From Macrostomum lignano (taxonomy: Eukaryota), in contig NIVC01002677.1 of NCBI GenBank assembly GCA_002269645.1, positions 62,001 through 126,000 on the forward strand: a stretch of 64,000 nucleotides of DNA, read 5' to 3'. Each line of letters begins with the position of its first letter. The stretch's first letter is position 1. Under the pieces are notes generated by a model. That model was not told the origin of the DNA. It searched no databases and saw only the letters and a program-made list of their open reading frames with translations. Below, piece after piece: positions 24,278-37,000 of this stretch. The position numbers and the translations under genes are program-made.

Positions 24278-26605
24278 TATTAATTAGTTTATTTCTCTTT
24301 TATTCGCGTCTGGTATCCAATATTCTGCTTTAAAGAGAGCTAATGCCAATAGGGTCGTCTGAATGTGAAGCTCTGAAAAGCGGAGGTAAGGCCTTCTCTC
24401 TCTTGAATAAAGTAAAGCCTAAATGTTCACTCGACGCTAGGGAAGGGTGGGCTGGGCCAGTCCAATAGGAATAAGAGCTTTCCCCGCCCCCGTGTGTACA
24501 TACCAACGGAGGGTGGGGGACGGGGTTGAAATGAATGTACATAGAAATAAGTGAAGAGTTTTTGTGTACATTGAATGAAAAAGAGAGGGAGCCTGGAGTC
24601 TTCTCTCTCCCTCTGGTTCCCCAATTAATTGCATACTGAGCTAGTTTGTGCCAAAGCAACTTGTACAGTATATCTTAAACATACGTATTACTATTTGCGT
24701 ATTGTATTTGTATGAATAGCCTTTTTTTAACTATATAAAATATATTGATAATGTAAGCAATTGCACAAATCAATTGATTATTCTCTGAAAAGTCGAAGCT
24801 ATCTTCTCTGTAGATTGATTGTAGATGTGAATAAACTACTAGTGATAAGCGGCTGAACCGATCGAGCAAAATGTCTCAACTCTTTATCTGCCGAGGCTCT
24901 GGTGATGTTAATGGAATATTAATATGAAGCTTCATATTTATAGCTGCATTGATTGAATTGTTTATGGTCGAAACAGGATTTCCAATTAATGACTCAAGGA
25001 CAACTGAAGCATTAAGCCCCCACACCCCCGTTCTCACTCTCCCCATGGACTTCTATACTTAGCATCTAAGTATAGAAGTCCATGACTCTCCCCCATCTCG
25101 ACTCCTTCGAATGCCATAGACGAAAGCGCATAGCAATAAATCATTGTCAGCGGGGCGGGCTGTCGTTTTCAACGGAGTATAAATGATTGTTTGAGACTTT
25201 CTTGGCAACTTGGGATTTACTCCCGATCGAAATTCTGTTTGTCGTATCATGCAAGACGCATATTATAATAATCGGTTTTTTATATGAAATTTATCTGTGC
25301 ATTCAATTTTTTGTTCTAAGAAAAGAGTACTGAAAAGTAAAACGTACCCTTCCTCAGTGTATACAATGATATACCAGAATTTCTCCAATTGGTCATGGCA
25401 TGGCTGCCATGCGCAGCAGTACTAAAGTGGATAGTGTACTTTGGTGCTTGCCGGGGTTGTAAAGGCAGCAGGGAGAAGATTAGTGAATCTGGTGCAAACT
25501 GGCAAGCGCCAGTTTCTGGGAGGATGGGAGGGGCCAATGCAATTCCGGTCAAAGCCACACACCACAAGCCCCAGCCCCTGTCTTCTTCATCTCTGTCAGT
25601 ACAGTTGCTGTTATGTGACCGAGCCTAATATTGCATTATTAAAGAAGTTTGCAGTATGCAGTCAATGTCAAACTTTGATGGAATTCTGCATTAACTACTA
25701 GCAATTAGGTCTATAATAATGTGATTGACATTAACTTAAGCAATGCAAGAAATTTGCGGTGGTTGACAAATGTACAAATATAGAGCTGTGTATGCTAAGG
25801 ATAGTCTATGTAGAAACTCTCTGATTCGCTAATGAACAGAGAGTCGGGCCATAGACCAATTGAAGGCAGAAAGGAGAGGAGCTGCACTCTCACATAGACT
25901 GCAGGCCAAGCAAGTTAAGCAGACTCTTCTCTGTGGTTAAATTATCGATTTTTAATGAATTATCCACTCGATTGGCTTTATTGGCTATAATGATCGAGTG
26001 CAGACTTTCTGTGGCAGTGGCTGCTACGGCTGCAGCGAATGGGGATTGTCGACTTTATCGGTTTAATTACGATTGATTAATGTATGCGCATCTCTGATGT
26101 CTGATCTATATTTATTAATAACGTTACTTACTACATACCGGTGATTAATTATAAGTCCTGCTACTAAAGCAGAAAACACGATTTTAAGTATAATATTTGC
26201 CTGAGACAGACATAATATAAGACGTTTATATGGAAGCGTTTGTAATTTATTTATTTCTTATACAGGGAGCTTTTTTAAAGCAACATACATGTATCGGTAC
26301 AAGGCTCGCAATTTTACTGTACTAATACTAACTTCTTGTACTAATATGTATGAGTATGTATGTACAACACTACTGGAAACTTTTACATATAGTATCTTTA
26401 TTCAAGCTTCGAAACAGAAACTCCGCACTTTATTCGAATCATAAACAAATCTATCCGTGTAAAATGCAAAACAGATTCAGAAGCAATAAAACAGTCATCT
26501 TGTAGCTAACTGTAATCGTTAACAATTGTAAACTTTGTTACCGCGGCGTCACGAACACAAACACCGCTCATTATCGCGCGTCGGAGTATCAACTCCAAAC
26601 TGGAC

Positions 26606-27995
26606 TCAACTCATCGTCAGCTCATGCTCACCTTCGTCGGGACCCACGCCTCGTTGGGCATTGATAGAGTTCCTGAAAACCTTGGATTAAAGCTTCTGAT
26701 TTGCGGGTGTGAGGGTGGAGCTGCATGGTTGCTATGCAATTTAAGATGGAAAACGATTTCCATTAATGCATACACAAAATATAGCGCGTAAATCACCTGA
26801 ACAACGGCGTTGTGCGGCCTTTGCAATCGCTGGGACTCGCTGAACAATCGGGAGGGAGGCTATAGGAGGAAATGGGGATAGCAACTGAGGATTGTTTAGT
26901 CTCACCTTCGCAGACCGACGGCAGATTCAGGATGCAAGACTCCACCCGCCAGTTGCCATCGCTGTCAAAAGTCACGCAGTCGTCGCCTTCGTTTGGCTGC
27001 TCGGGCCGCCAGACGCGCTCGCCCAGCGGCTGAAGTCGTCCTTGACGTAGACGCTGCCGTCAGTGCGCTGGAAGTAGCCTGTAAAGGGCATTCAGTTCGG
27101 TTTTGGTCCAAGCTGCCAGGCTTAGTGGAGTTGACACTGATTTTGAGTCATAAACATATAAAGTATAATAGAAGTACAGTCTTGATCGAGCTTGTCTACT
27201 CTAAAACGTATTGAAGAAGCGAATCTGTGTGAAATCCGGACGTCTAAAGAACGCCTAAGCATTATACTTGGTGTCGGTCTTCAATGCTATATTCTCGGAC
27301 GCAATACACACTTTCTTCACTTAAATTCGGAAGCCCAGAAGGTGAAATATTGTCAAATCAATTTAATACTGAAATCCCAGAAATCAGCGAGTGTAAGTAT
27401 CCTCATATTTTAGTTGTCCGTAGTTTGAGTAACAAAATTGCGCTGCAAGTCATGCCTAGATTTCGTACGATACTACTTTTAGTTTCGAGGGCAGAGCAGG
27501 TCAGCGGTAACTTGTCTGTCTCTCGCGCCGTGACTCGCAGGTTCGATTCCAGATTCGTTTGGGGCTTTTTGCACAAAAATTAGACAGCGATTTGTTGTGC
27601 AATTCAACCTCCAAACCTCTTAAGGCCCAGAAAATGTACATGTCAGGGATGCTCTACACCCTGTGTGATCGTGTATATGAGTGTGTGCCTGCCTACACTA
27701 TCCGCGCCTCACCTTCTCGCGCCTGATCGTCCATGCCAACGTAGGCCTTCTCAACCTTCTTGCCGAGCAGGAACGCTTTCACTCGGTTGTTAGTGGCCAG
27801 ATCCTTGATCGTGACCAGCCGCATTCCCTTGTCGTAGCAGGACTGGATGCACTGGTAGCGGCTGGAACCGGTGCACAGACTCATCTGACCCGGCGCCGAT
27901 GTCACAACGGCGTCGGTGGGATCAGACGCCAACATCAGCGTCAGCAACAGCGGCAGCAGGAGCCGCTGCGCTGCCGTTGCGAGCTTCTCCAACAT
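26606..27995 (-). CDS. Secreted C-type lectin domain protein, frameshifted as assembled (exons 27995-27713, 27078-26906; probable 26839-26797, 26672-26606); possible pseudogene
   Basis: Signal peptide, then SC..KGMRLVTI, AYVG, EG-YFQRTDGS, W-RPEQPNEGDDCV, GNWRVESC and LPSVCE. Exon 2 is 173 nt between two phase-1 splice sites, so 1 nt is missing. The 3' exons are less certain. Confidence 0.72.
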
Positions 27996-29514
27996 TTGAT
28001 CAGTTCGAATTGTGTTGCTGCTGATCGAAGAGTCGGGGTTTGGTTGGCTGGCAGCAGGGTTTCACTGCATGGTTTGTAAGGAAGCGGAGTTAACATAGGG
28101 AATTTGAACTTAGCATTGGTATTGATGGCTTATCGGCCCAGGTAATTAGAAGCACCGAGACATCCCGTCCAAGCCTCCTTATTAGGCCTTGTTTCTAGAT
28201 GCATGTATCTTGAGCCGTTAAGCTGTCAGTTTCAGTTAGCTGTCAGATTGGGCCCCAAATTCAGCTCCATTGTGGATTCACATCCAACTTCAAAGAAGCT
28301 TCTTTAAATTTTGTAGGCTATATCGCTTGTTCTCAATTAAAGATAAGAAGGTAGAGAGAAACATGGAAACATACTGAAATTTTTTGGGACGTGTCGATTT
28401 TAATTAAAATCATATACTCATTCTAAACGGCAAGCTTCGATGTTGAAACACTAGAGATCAAGAAGGGAACACAACCTTACCTTTGCAAATCGAAGCGAAT
28501 ACAAATCCAGTTGGCCGAAAGAATTTTCCTTTTTTTGCAAAACGGATACCTTAAAGCGGCTGAGCTATCGATCTCGGAAAATGGGGATTTATATCCAATT
28601 TTCCTCCTTGAGAGCAGATTGGGATTAGCGACAGCTGCGACCAGAAATAATCAACGAAATGGATTAGTATAGCTGAGGGATTTGAGGAAGCAAACTCGTA
28701 AGGTTGCTTTTTTGCTCCATGCACAGGAACTTCAGGAAGCCAGCTGTTGCGTCAAAAGCCTATTACAGATAGTCTAAACCCCTCATGCGAGCCAGAACTG
28801 AGTATTGCGTCCGTGATAGACAGGTGCCTCAATCACTTGCGGGCATTCATTCAGCTCAGAAGCCAAACCAAGGCCTGATTTGGATTATCGCGGCGCCTCG
28901 GGATTTTTTTGCTAGAACTGATTTCGTCAGAAAAGATCTCAATAAATATTGATAGAATGTTTACGAATTTGACAGAGGTGAGCTATCCTATAGCCAACAA
29001 ACTTTCGCAGAGATCAGATTAAGGACCATCTAGAAGTTACCGTTGTATCAGGACGTAATTAGGGACATGCAGAGTAGCTTTGCGGTACACTCGCCCGACT
29101 GTTGCGTCACGACCCCTGGTTTGATTCCGTGCAACAGCAAAGACAAATTTATTTGGGGCTTGTGTACTAGAAAGTCAGGGCCGCTGTGCACCCCTGTGTG
29201 AGCGTGTGCATGAGTGAGGGCCTGTGTACACAGTATTGACGCGCAATGGGCAGAATTGTCGTCAGCGCTGGTTGTGAGACCAAGGTGCCCTATAAATATT
29301 ATTATCAGGTAACAGTCGCATAGTATGAAAAAATATTTGAGGGCCGAATTTCGCATAGAAAATTTCTGTTGATAGTGTCTTTTATTCCCGACAACTTGTC
29401 TATCATAAAACCTTATTTATCATACGTGTAAAATGTTAAAATATAACGTTATTCGAAAAGCAAATCTACTTCTGAACTGAAATCCGTCTGAGATGATGAA
29501 AAACGGAAAACTTC

Positions 29515-29844
29515 TTATCTCATCCATGCATTTTTCAGCGAAAACCGGGACTGTTTAGTACCATCGTTCTGCTCGGTAGATCGGTAGGCCACCCAGGAGA
29601 GTCCTCTGCGCCGCCGGATGTCCTCTCCACCACGTAGGGCACCAGACAGCCACCATCCCATGCCGGGGACAACTTTAACTGGCGGTCCCACATGATGCCA
29701 GCCGAGAGCTGATGTCCCCAGCCTCTGCAGGATGTCCTGCTGCTCACTTTGCAGGGCTCGTTGAGGCGAGGCCTGGCGCAAACCTGTCGATACGTGGCCT
29801 GCCTGCTGTGCCCGCTCTGGCTCGCTTGTTGTTGTCGTTGTCAT
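29515..29844 (-). CDS. Hypothetical 109-aa orphan protein (MTTTTTSEPERAQQ...NAWMR)
   Basis: Non-repetitive, GC-rich ORF in AT-rich surroundings, preceded by a pyrimidine tract and acceptor-like TTTGTTGAG. No family recognised. Confidence 0.35.
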   Translation of the reverse strand: MTTTTTSEPERAQQAGHVSTGLRQASPQRALQSEQQDILQRLGTSALGWHHVGPPVKVVPGMGWWLSGALRGGEDIRRRRGLSWVAYRSTEQNDGTKQSRFSLKNAWMR

Positions 29845-31096
29845 GGGGGCTTTGGATTGCTGCCTCAACAAAGCAAAAACCAAATTAAAAGCATCGATAA
29901 GTGCAAAATAAAAAAACAAAATGAATTCGAAGTAACAAAATCCGATGTGAATAGCAAATCAACTATGACTATCTACTCTCCGCTTGATCTCTTAATTATT
30001 TAATTAGTTTGTTTATTTGTTTATTTCTCCGGATCGAAGCCGACAAAACTGAGTTGGTCTAATTTAAACAAATGAGGAAAAACAGCCTGAGTGCTCAGCT
30101 TAGTAAAACGCAAGACGACAACAACCATAAGTACGAGTATATATATATAGGGATATCGTATACGCAGTGAATTCAGATAGGTCGGTGTGTTCTTTTTTTA
30201 GCATAATATTTTGTGAGTTTCCTGTTAAACAAAAGGGTTCGGGTAACAATAGTATACAATATTGGCGCTTACAATAGTAAGTACAAGCGGGAGCGCTTCC
30301 AGTAAATCGGTTGATGCTTCACACTTTTAGTGACAAAAAATTGTTGTCTTTTTGATATAAAAATAGATAGGAAAAGTACACGTTGTCAGGCTGGTTTAGA
30401 GTTGATGGTGCATAAATAGTCCGCGCAGTTCACCTGCAAATTTTATAACGCGATTTATGCATGCTGTTTGAATAAACTAATTAGCCATGGAGGCGGAAAA
30501 AAGTCCTGAAAGAAATTCGTACATCAAACTTGCTTCCGACTCAGTGGGAGCTCATTAGATTGGGAGTTTGCTATAGCGGAATCAGAAAGTCCAACGGTGC
30601 TGCGGTTGCTACACAAAAAATGGGTCGCCTTTGCTTGGCTGTAACAGCAATAATTTGAAACTGCGGCAGGGAAAGTATTCAGTACAACAACAATAAAACG
30701 ACAGAGTTGTGTGACGTTTTGGTGAAAAAGCATTGGTGCAGATATTCGATCGAGTGCTCTGAAGATCTGTGCTCTAATCGTATACTCGTAAAGACTGTTA
30801 CAACAAATGTTAAGGAAAAATCTCTGTCATTTTGGTAGCGTTTTTTTATAGCCGAAAATACTTCTTCCGTAGTGTTTGTATAACGATTTGGATACGCGGT
30901 TTAAGTCGACTATCTTATTATATTGAAGTTTTTCATAACTTAATAGTGAATAAAATCCATTATGCGCCCTACATTCTACGGGCTTTCAGTCTGGTTAATT
31001 CCGTCGCTCAAGGAGTGTCAACGACAACATGGCTGTCTGTTCGACCATTCAAAAGCTCAATCAATCGATCATCTCTCATCTTGACCTCCCGCAAGT

Positions 31097-34000
31097 TCAG
31101 ATCTCCACGGCAGTCCTGGCGGAGCTCACGGAGGCCGACAGGTTCGGCAGCGAGGCGCTGAACGTAGCGAGAGGCAGCGACGGCGCTTCCGGTGGCGGGG
31201 GCGGCGGCGGCGGCAGGACCTCTGCCTCGACAACAATCCGCTGGGAGGAGACGCCCGAGTCATCGTCTTCGTCGTTGCAGTCGGTGCTGTTGTCTTCTGG
31301 ATCGTAGTTGCTGTCAAAGTCCAGACGCGAGTCGCCGTCGTCTCCGATGGCCGTGACAAAGTCCTCGGTGTCCTCGTCGCCGCCACCAGCCTGGAAGTGA
31401 GGCAGCGCCGAGTTGCCTCCTACTCCGATGGTGGCAGCATCCTCCGAGTCGCTAGTCTCTGGCGTGATGTCCAGTCGGAAGTTCAGCAGTTGCTTATCTG
31501 TCGCGGCCGTTGTCATGCAGTTATCGAAGGCCACGGAGTCCAGCGCCTTGAGCAGGTAAGCCTGCTGAGCTTTGTACTGGTCTCGCAGCCGCTCCAGTTG
31601 GGTGGCCGCGTAGTCTTTGATGCGCAGCAGCTGCTGGTTGTACTGCTCACGAACTCGCTCCACCTGAGGAATACACAGAATGCACCGTGCTACTATCCCT
31701 ATGAAACTGTTTGAGTGCGAGAAAGTTGGCATCGAGCAGAATTATTAGCATAGCTAGGAGCAAGTGCCTGCGCCTATTCTGTGAGAAATCAGCTTACTAT
31801 AAGTCATGACAAACTCTCGAGTCCAGTGTGTAGTGTACGGCTGTAGGTCCTATGCTTAAAAGTGTCCACCTTTGACGCTAGCTCATGATTTTCCTCAAAG
31901 AAACCGTGTGCAGGATATTGAATTAATTATTCAATTTCGAAAAAATCGTTCATAATGTATTCGCGAAATTGCTTTCTGAATGTTTGGCCCACTATATCTT
32001 ACCGTTGTATCAGGACGTAACTCTCGTAAATATTGCAAAATGTTTTGAAGGCTTTTTGTCTGCAAAAACCAATGCTTTACTGTACGCCTGCCGTTCCCTA
32101 CATGTAGATATGGGGCCAATGTTTGTGTCAGGCACATACACACTCTGTGGCTTGGGAGTTGGTCCATAATGATCCTTTCAACGACAAGCCCCGGGGCCAA
32201 GTTCATATCCATGCGTGAGGACAAAATTAATGTATTAATGTTAATGTTAATCCTATACGCTCCTATAGTGCCACGAATTGGATCCAAGAACTTAGACACT
32301 GAGCAGGGCTGAGCGATTACTCGGTTCTCGGTTCTTGTTTGCGAGTATAATCGAGTTTTGATGAGTATTAGACGAGTTATTATAATCAACAATTCACAGC
32401 TGAACTGTCAAGTTTTGATGTCGACGGGATTGAAGCTTTGAAAGTAATAACATTCACTATTGGAGGTGGACAAGCTCAATAAAGGTGGTATCCTTAAAGT
32501 GCAGACAGTAAAAAATCAATGGAATACGCGTGGGAGAGGGCAACTGGAGGACTAAGGTTGCAGCGACAATCGTTACAATCCAGTTGGAGAGGCTCTCTCA
32601 GTCTTGTCTCTCGCTCTACTGAATTATTGATTTCCCTAAGTGCACTTGGCCTCCATTTTGGGTTTCCAGTCAGTTGCTACGAGCATTTGGTCAGCCAGAA
32701 TTTCATTAATAGTATTCTCATGGACAGCTGAACTCTCAACCCTGCACTGTAAAGTACATTTAATCAGGTGCTCGAGACGATACGCTGAATTTGAACCTGG
32801 TAACACTATTAGGCCTTAGGTTACTTCTTCGTATTGTTGTTTTAAGTATTGTTGGTTGACTGTAGCCTTTTGCAGCGTGTCAACTAACAACATTGTGGAG
32901 TGTAACTAACTAAGGTCAATGATGAACTAATCAGCAATCAATCCCCAGACCGTTGTCTATGGCCAAAGCTCACTCCCCCATAGAATTCCATAGACACGAG
33001 GATGCAGGATGGCAGTCCCGACAAGATGGTGCTTTACTTAAACAACCCACCTGGTTCGACTTGTAGTCCTTGATTCGGCTCATCTGGCTATTGTAGCTCT
33101 CCCTCAGCCGTTCAATCTGGCAGTCGCAGTGGTCGCGGATCTTGGCGATGCGTCTATTGTAGTGCTCCTGCATGAGCATCATGTTGCCAACGCAGGCCTC
33201 CTTGACTTTGCCGACCCTGGCGTTGTAGTTGTCCAGCTGGTTGTGCCGGTAGGTTCGGAACCAATCTTTGCATTCGCGCAGCTGCTCCATCTTGGCGCCA
33301 CGGTAGGCTTCAAGGTGTTCCAGCATCTCCTTGATTGACTTCTGCTTTCGCCGTTCCTTCTCTGAGCATTTCCTGATGATCAGGCGGGTTAGGCCGATGA
33401 CTACGGCGATGCAGAGTAGGGAGGCTGCGCTTAGTGCACCCACCATCATGCCGTACTTCTTGACCTCGCGCAGCACTTCGTATTTGAGAGTGAACACCAG
33501 CTGTCGGATGGAGAGGCGGTGTTTGTGGTGGGATGTCCATTGGGTTCTTATGTAAGATGCTGCTGGATTCTAAAGTGAGGTGTCCGTTGGATACTAAAGT
33601 GAGGTTTTTTGTTGGGTTCTCATGTGAGGAGTCCTTTGGATTCTTATGTGAGGTTTTTTGTTGGGTTCTCATGTGAGGAGTCCTTTGGATTCTTATGTGA
33701 GGTGTCCGTTGGAAGCTTGTAAGATGTCCGTTGGATACTAACGTGGGATGTACCAAAGTACCTAATTTTGGTGCCTACTACATTCTAATGAGAGGTGTTG
33801 GTTAGATTCTAATAGGGTGTCCGATAGATACTAAATGTGTAATGTCCGATGGGTTCTAATTTTGATTTTCCTTAGATGTACCGTCTTTTCTAAATCTTTT
33901 CTCACCTCCCTGACGACCGGCGGTCCGATCCCATTGTCGGCGATGCAGCGGTAAAGGCCAGCGTCTGCTCTTGTCACATAGTCGATGTACAAAGAGCCAT

Positions 34001-37000
34001 CCTGCAGCACTTGCACCCGCGACGAGCCCGGACCCTCGGCTGCCTTCCGGGCTTCGTATTGAGTGTTCCAGTGCCACGGGTGCTCCGCGTGAAATGTGTT
34101 CGTGAAGGTGTCGGCTGGAGCGTGGTACCTGGAGTGGAAGTATGAGTAGGGAGGCAAAGAGTGAGACGGTTTTTCACTTGTAGGGAAAGGGAGTGAGGTG
34201 GGACAGGGAGTGAAATGGGACAGGGAGTGAAATGGGGGACAGGGAGTGAGACAGGGAGTGAGATGAGGGAGAGGGAGTGAGGTGGGGACAGGGAATGAGG
34301 TGGGGACAGGGAGTGAGGTGGGGACAGGGAGTGAGGTGGGGACAGGGAGTGAGGTGGGGACAGGGAGTGAGGTGGGGACAGGGAGTGAGGTGGGGACAGG
34401 GAGTGAGGTGGGGACAGGGAGTGAGGTGGGGACAGGGAGTGAGGTGGGGACAGGGAGTGAGGTGGGAACAGGGAGTGAGGTGGGGACAGGGAGTGAGACA
34501 GGGAGTGAGATGAGGGAGAGGGAGTGAGGTGGGGACAGGGAATGAGGTGGAGACAGGGAGTGAGGTGGGGGACAGGGAGTGAGGTGGGACAGGGAGTGAG
34601 GTGGGGGACAGGGAGTGGGGTGGAATGGGGAGTGAGGTGGGGACAGGGAGTGAGGTGGGACAGGGAGTGAGGTGGGGGACAGGGAGTGGGGTGGGGGACA
34701 GGGAGTGGGGTGGAATGGGGAGTGAGGTGAGACACGCATGGAGTGAACAAGAAAGTGCAGTTTCAATAAAAAAGAAGCCACTTTTTCCTTACTTTTCACT
34801 CAGAAGCGGAAGCAAACGAAGGAAGGCATACATAATATTGTAGTGTAAATTGGAAAAAGCCATGAAAGTGCTTATGAGTAGTGAAATAGCTTAGTGTGAG
34901 GCAACTTCCGCCCCCCCCCCGCTGAGCAGCAGTGGAGAACGAGGAAGTAGATTGTGTGAGCAGTTCAAACTGGCCAGCTCAGAGTTGAACAGCTGTCGCC
35001 GTTCTTGCCACAGCCTTCCTTTCCCCTAAACCGTCGGATTACCATAATCGGGCATGCTTGCGGCCCTACGTGTGTAGAGCGTGGGTTGGCTGTATTGGAT
35101 TTGGATGGGGCATGGACTGCTAAATCCCTAGAACCTGGACTAGAAGTTGAGTCTGAGTCCGTTCAAAAGTCCATGAGGGTCCAATAAAAGCATGTCCACC
35201 GCTATTCTCAGCGATATCCAGGCGAAGCCGTGTCCCCTAGAGGCCTCTCCCTCCCTTTCTGCATTTCCCTTGTTGGCCACCGGACCGAAACACAGTAATC
35301 TAATCATGTGGTCAGCAGCAGAGACAGAGAGGACCAGAAGAGCCGAGAGACAGAGAGGTATCCGCAGAATCGATTGCTTCAACAAACGCAGAAGAAGAGA
35401 AGAGAAGCCGAGGCTGCTGAGCACGATCGATCGGTGTTTTGCTATAAAACAGGAATCTCTATCCAACCCCAGCTAACCCCGCCGTGCTTATGTGCATTGC
35501 CTCAGCGTTTAAACAAATTTTAAAGGGCTATTTAGTGTGGAGATAGCGGGAGGGATGCATCCCGTCCCCTGCATCCGGGTGCAGAGACCGGCCGCCCAAG
35601 GACAACTCGCTCAAGGACTTTTACAACTCTCAGTCTAAATTTTTTTAGCTAGGAATAAAAAAAATTAGATGGCGCTAAAGCTACTGAACGCACTCTCCAA
35701 TTGTTGGGCACTAAAAGTGCTGTATTTTTGGATATTTTAGAAAATGCGGGTAATTAGAGCTCCCCGTAATGTAGGGATACATATTATACCTTTTGCATAT
35801 GCTGAAGCCCCTACTTAGGACAATAGGTGGGGTGTATGGTCCAAAACGAGTATATTTATACGACCTTTAATTAGTGGAGGTTGAGTGCCAATAAGAAAAG
35901 GAGGGTTGTACTTGTAGTGTGCGACTAAGGAAAGAGAGATGGGGAGAGAGGGTATGGGAAGAGAGATGGAGAAAGAGGGTGTGGGAAGAGAGATGGGGAG
36001 AGAGGGTGTGGGAAGAGAGATGGGGAGAGAGGGTATGGGAAGAGCGATGGGAGAGGGTGTGTGGGAAGAGAGATGTTGACAGTTGAGAGAGGAGAGCTGG
36101 AGGCGAGATGGCGGGAGAGAGGGAGATGAAAAATATGTGGGAAGTTTACAAACTGGTTGCATATCAGATGGGTTGCGTCGTTTGAAACTAAAATGGGAGT
36201 CGATTTGATCAATTGGGATAGAAAAAGTAGCGAGGGGAGTCAGGGGAAGGCAGTGAAGAGGTGTCAGCTTCCCTATGTGAGTACGGAAAATATTGATCTG
36301 TTATAGTCGCATGCACTGCTGAGCTAAACCGGATGAATCTTGGGACTGGGAATACTTTTGTGAATTAGTGGAGAACTCCCTTAAATCCCCTTTCTCTCTT
36401 TCAACAGTCAAAGCTAATAGAGGGCCAGAAACCGAAATTATTTTTGGTATTTTGGCAAGCTTCGTCACATGAAAAATGCTGTTGCTAGCAGATGCAAAAG
36501 TAAGGGAGATGGAGCCTTTAGTTTTTTGAAAAATGGGCTCTATTCAGATTTATCAATTAGATTTGCTCATCATTGCTCAGAATTGGTTTTTTGACGGCTT
36601 CTCTAATTAAAATTTCATTTTATCTGGGATCTGGCGGAGATGGATTCTCAAAAATGACACCAGATTCTCAAAAATGGCACCCGATTCTCTAAAATGACAC
36701 CAGATACTCCAAGATGACACCCGATTCTCCAAAATGACCCAAATTTTCAAAAATGACATCAGATTCTCAAAAATGGCACCAGATTCTCCAAAAATGGCAC
36801 CAGATTCTCCAAAAATGGCACCAGATTCTCAAAAGTGGCACCAGATTCTCAAAAATGGCACCAGATTCTCCAAAAATGGCACCAGATTCTCAAAAGTGGC
36901 ACCAGATTCTCAAAAATGGCACCAGATTCTCCAAAAATGGCACCAGATTCTCAAAAATGGCACCCGATTCTCTAAAATGACACCAGATACTCCAAAATGA

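Noticed and set aside
26606-26608. Selenocysteine or programmed readthrough at the lectin TGA
   Set aside because: No SECIS could be identified by eye and the stop context (TGA-G) is not a leaky one; nonsense mutation or alternative splicing is simpler.
33831-34799. 322-aa PTSLPV-repeat ORF as a whole
   Set aside because: Only 34128-33906 is exonic (Ig domain); the rest is intronic minisatellite.
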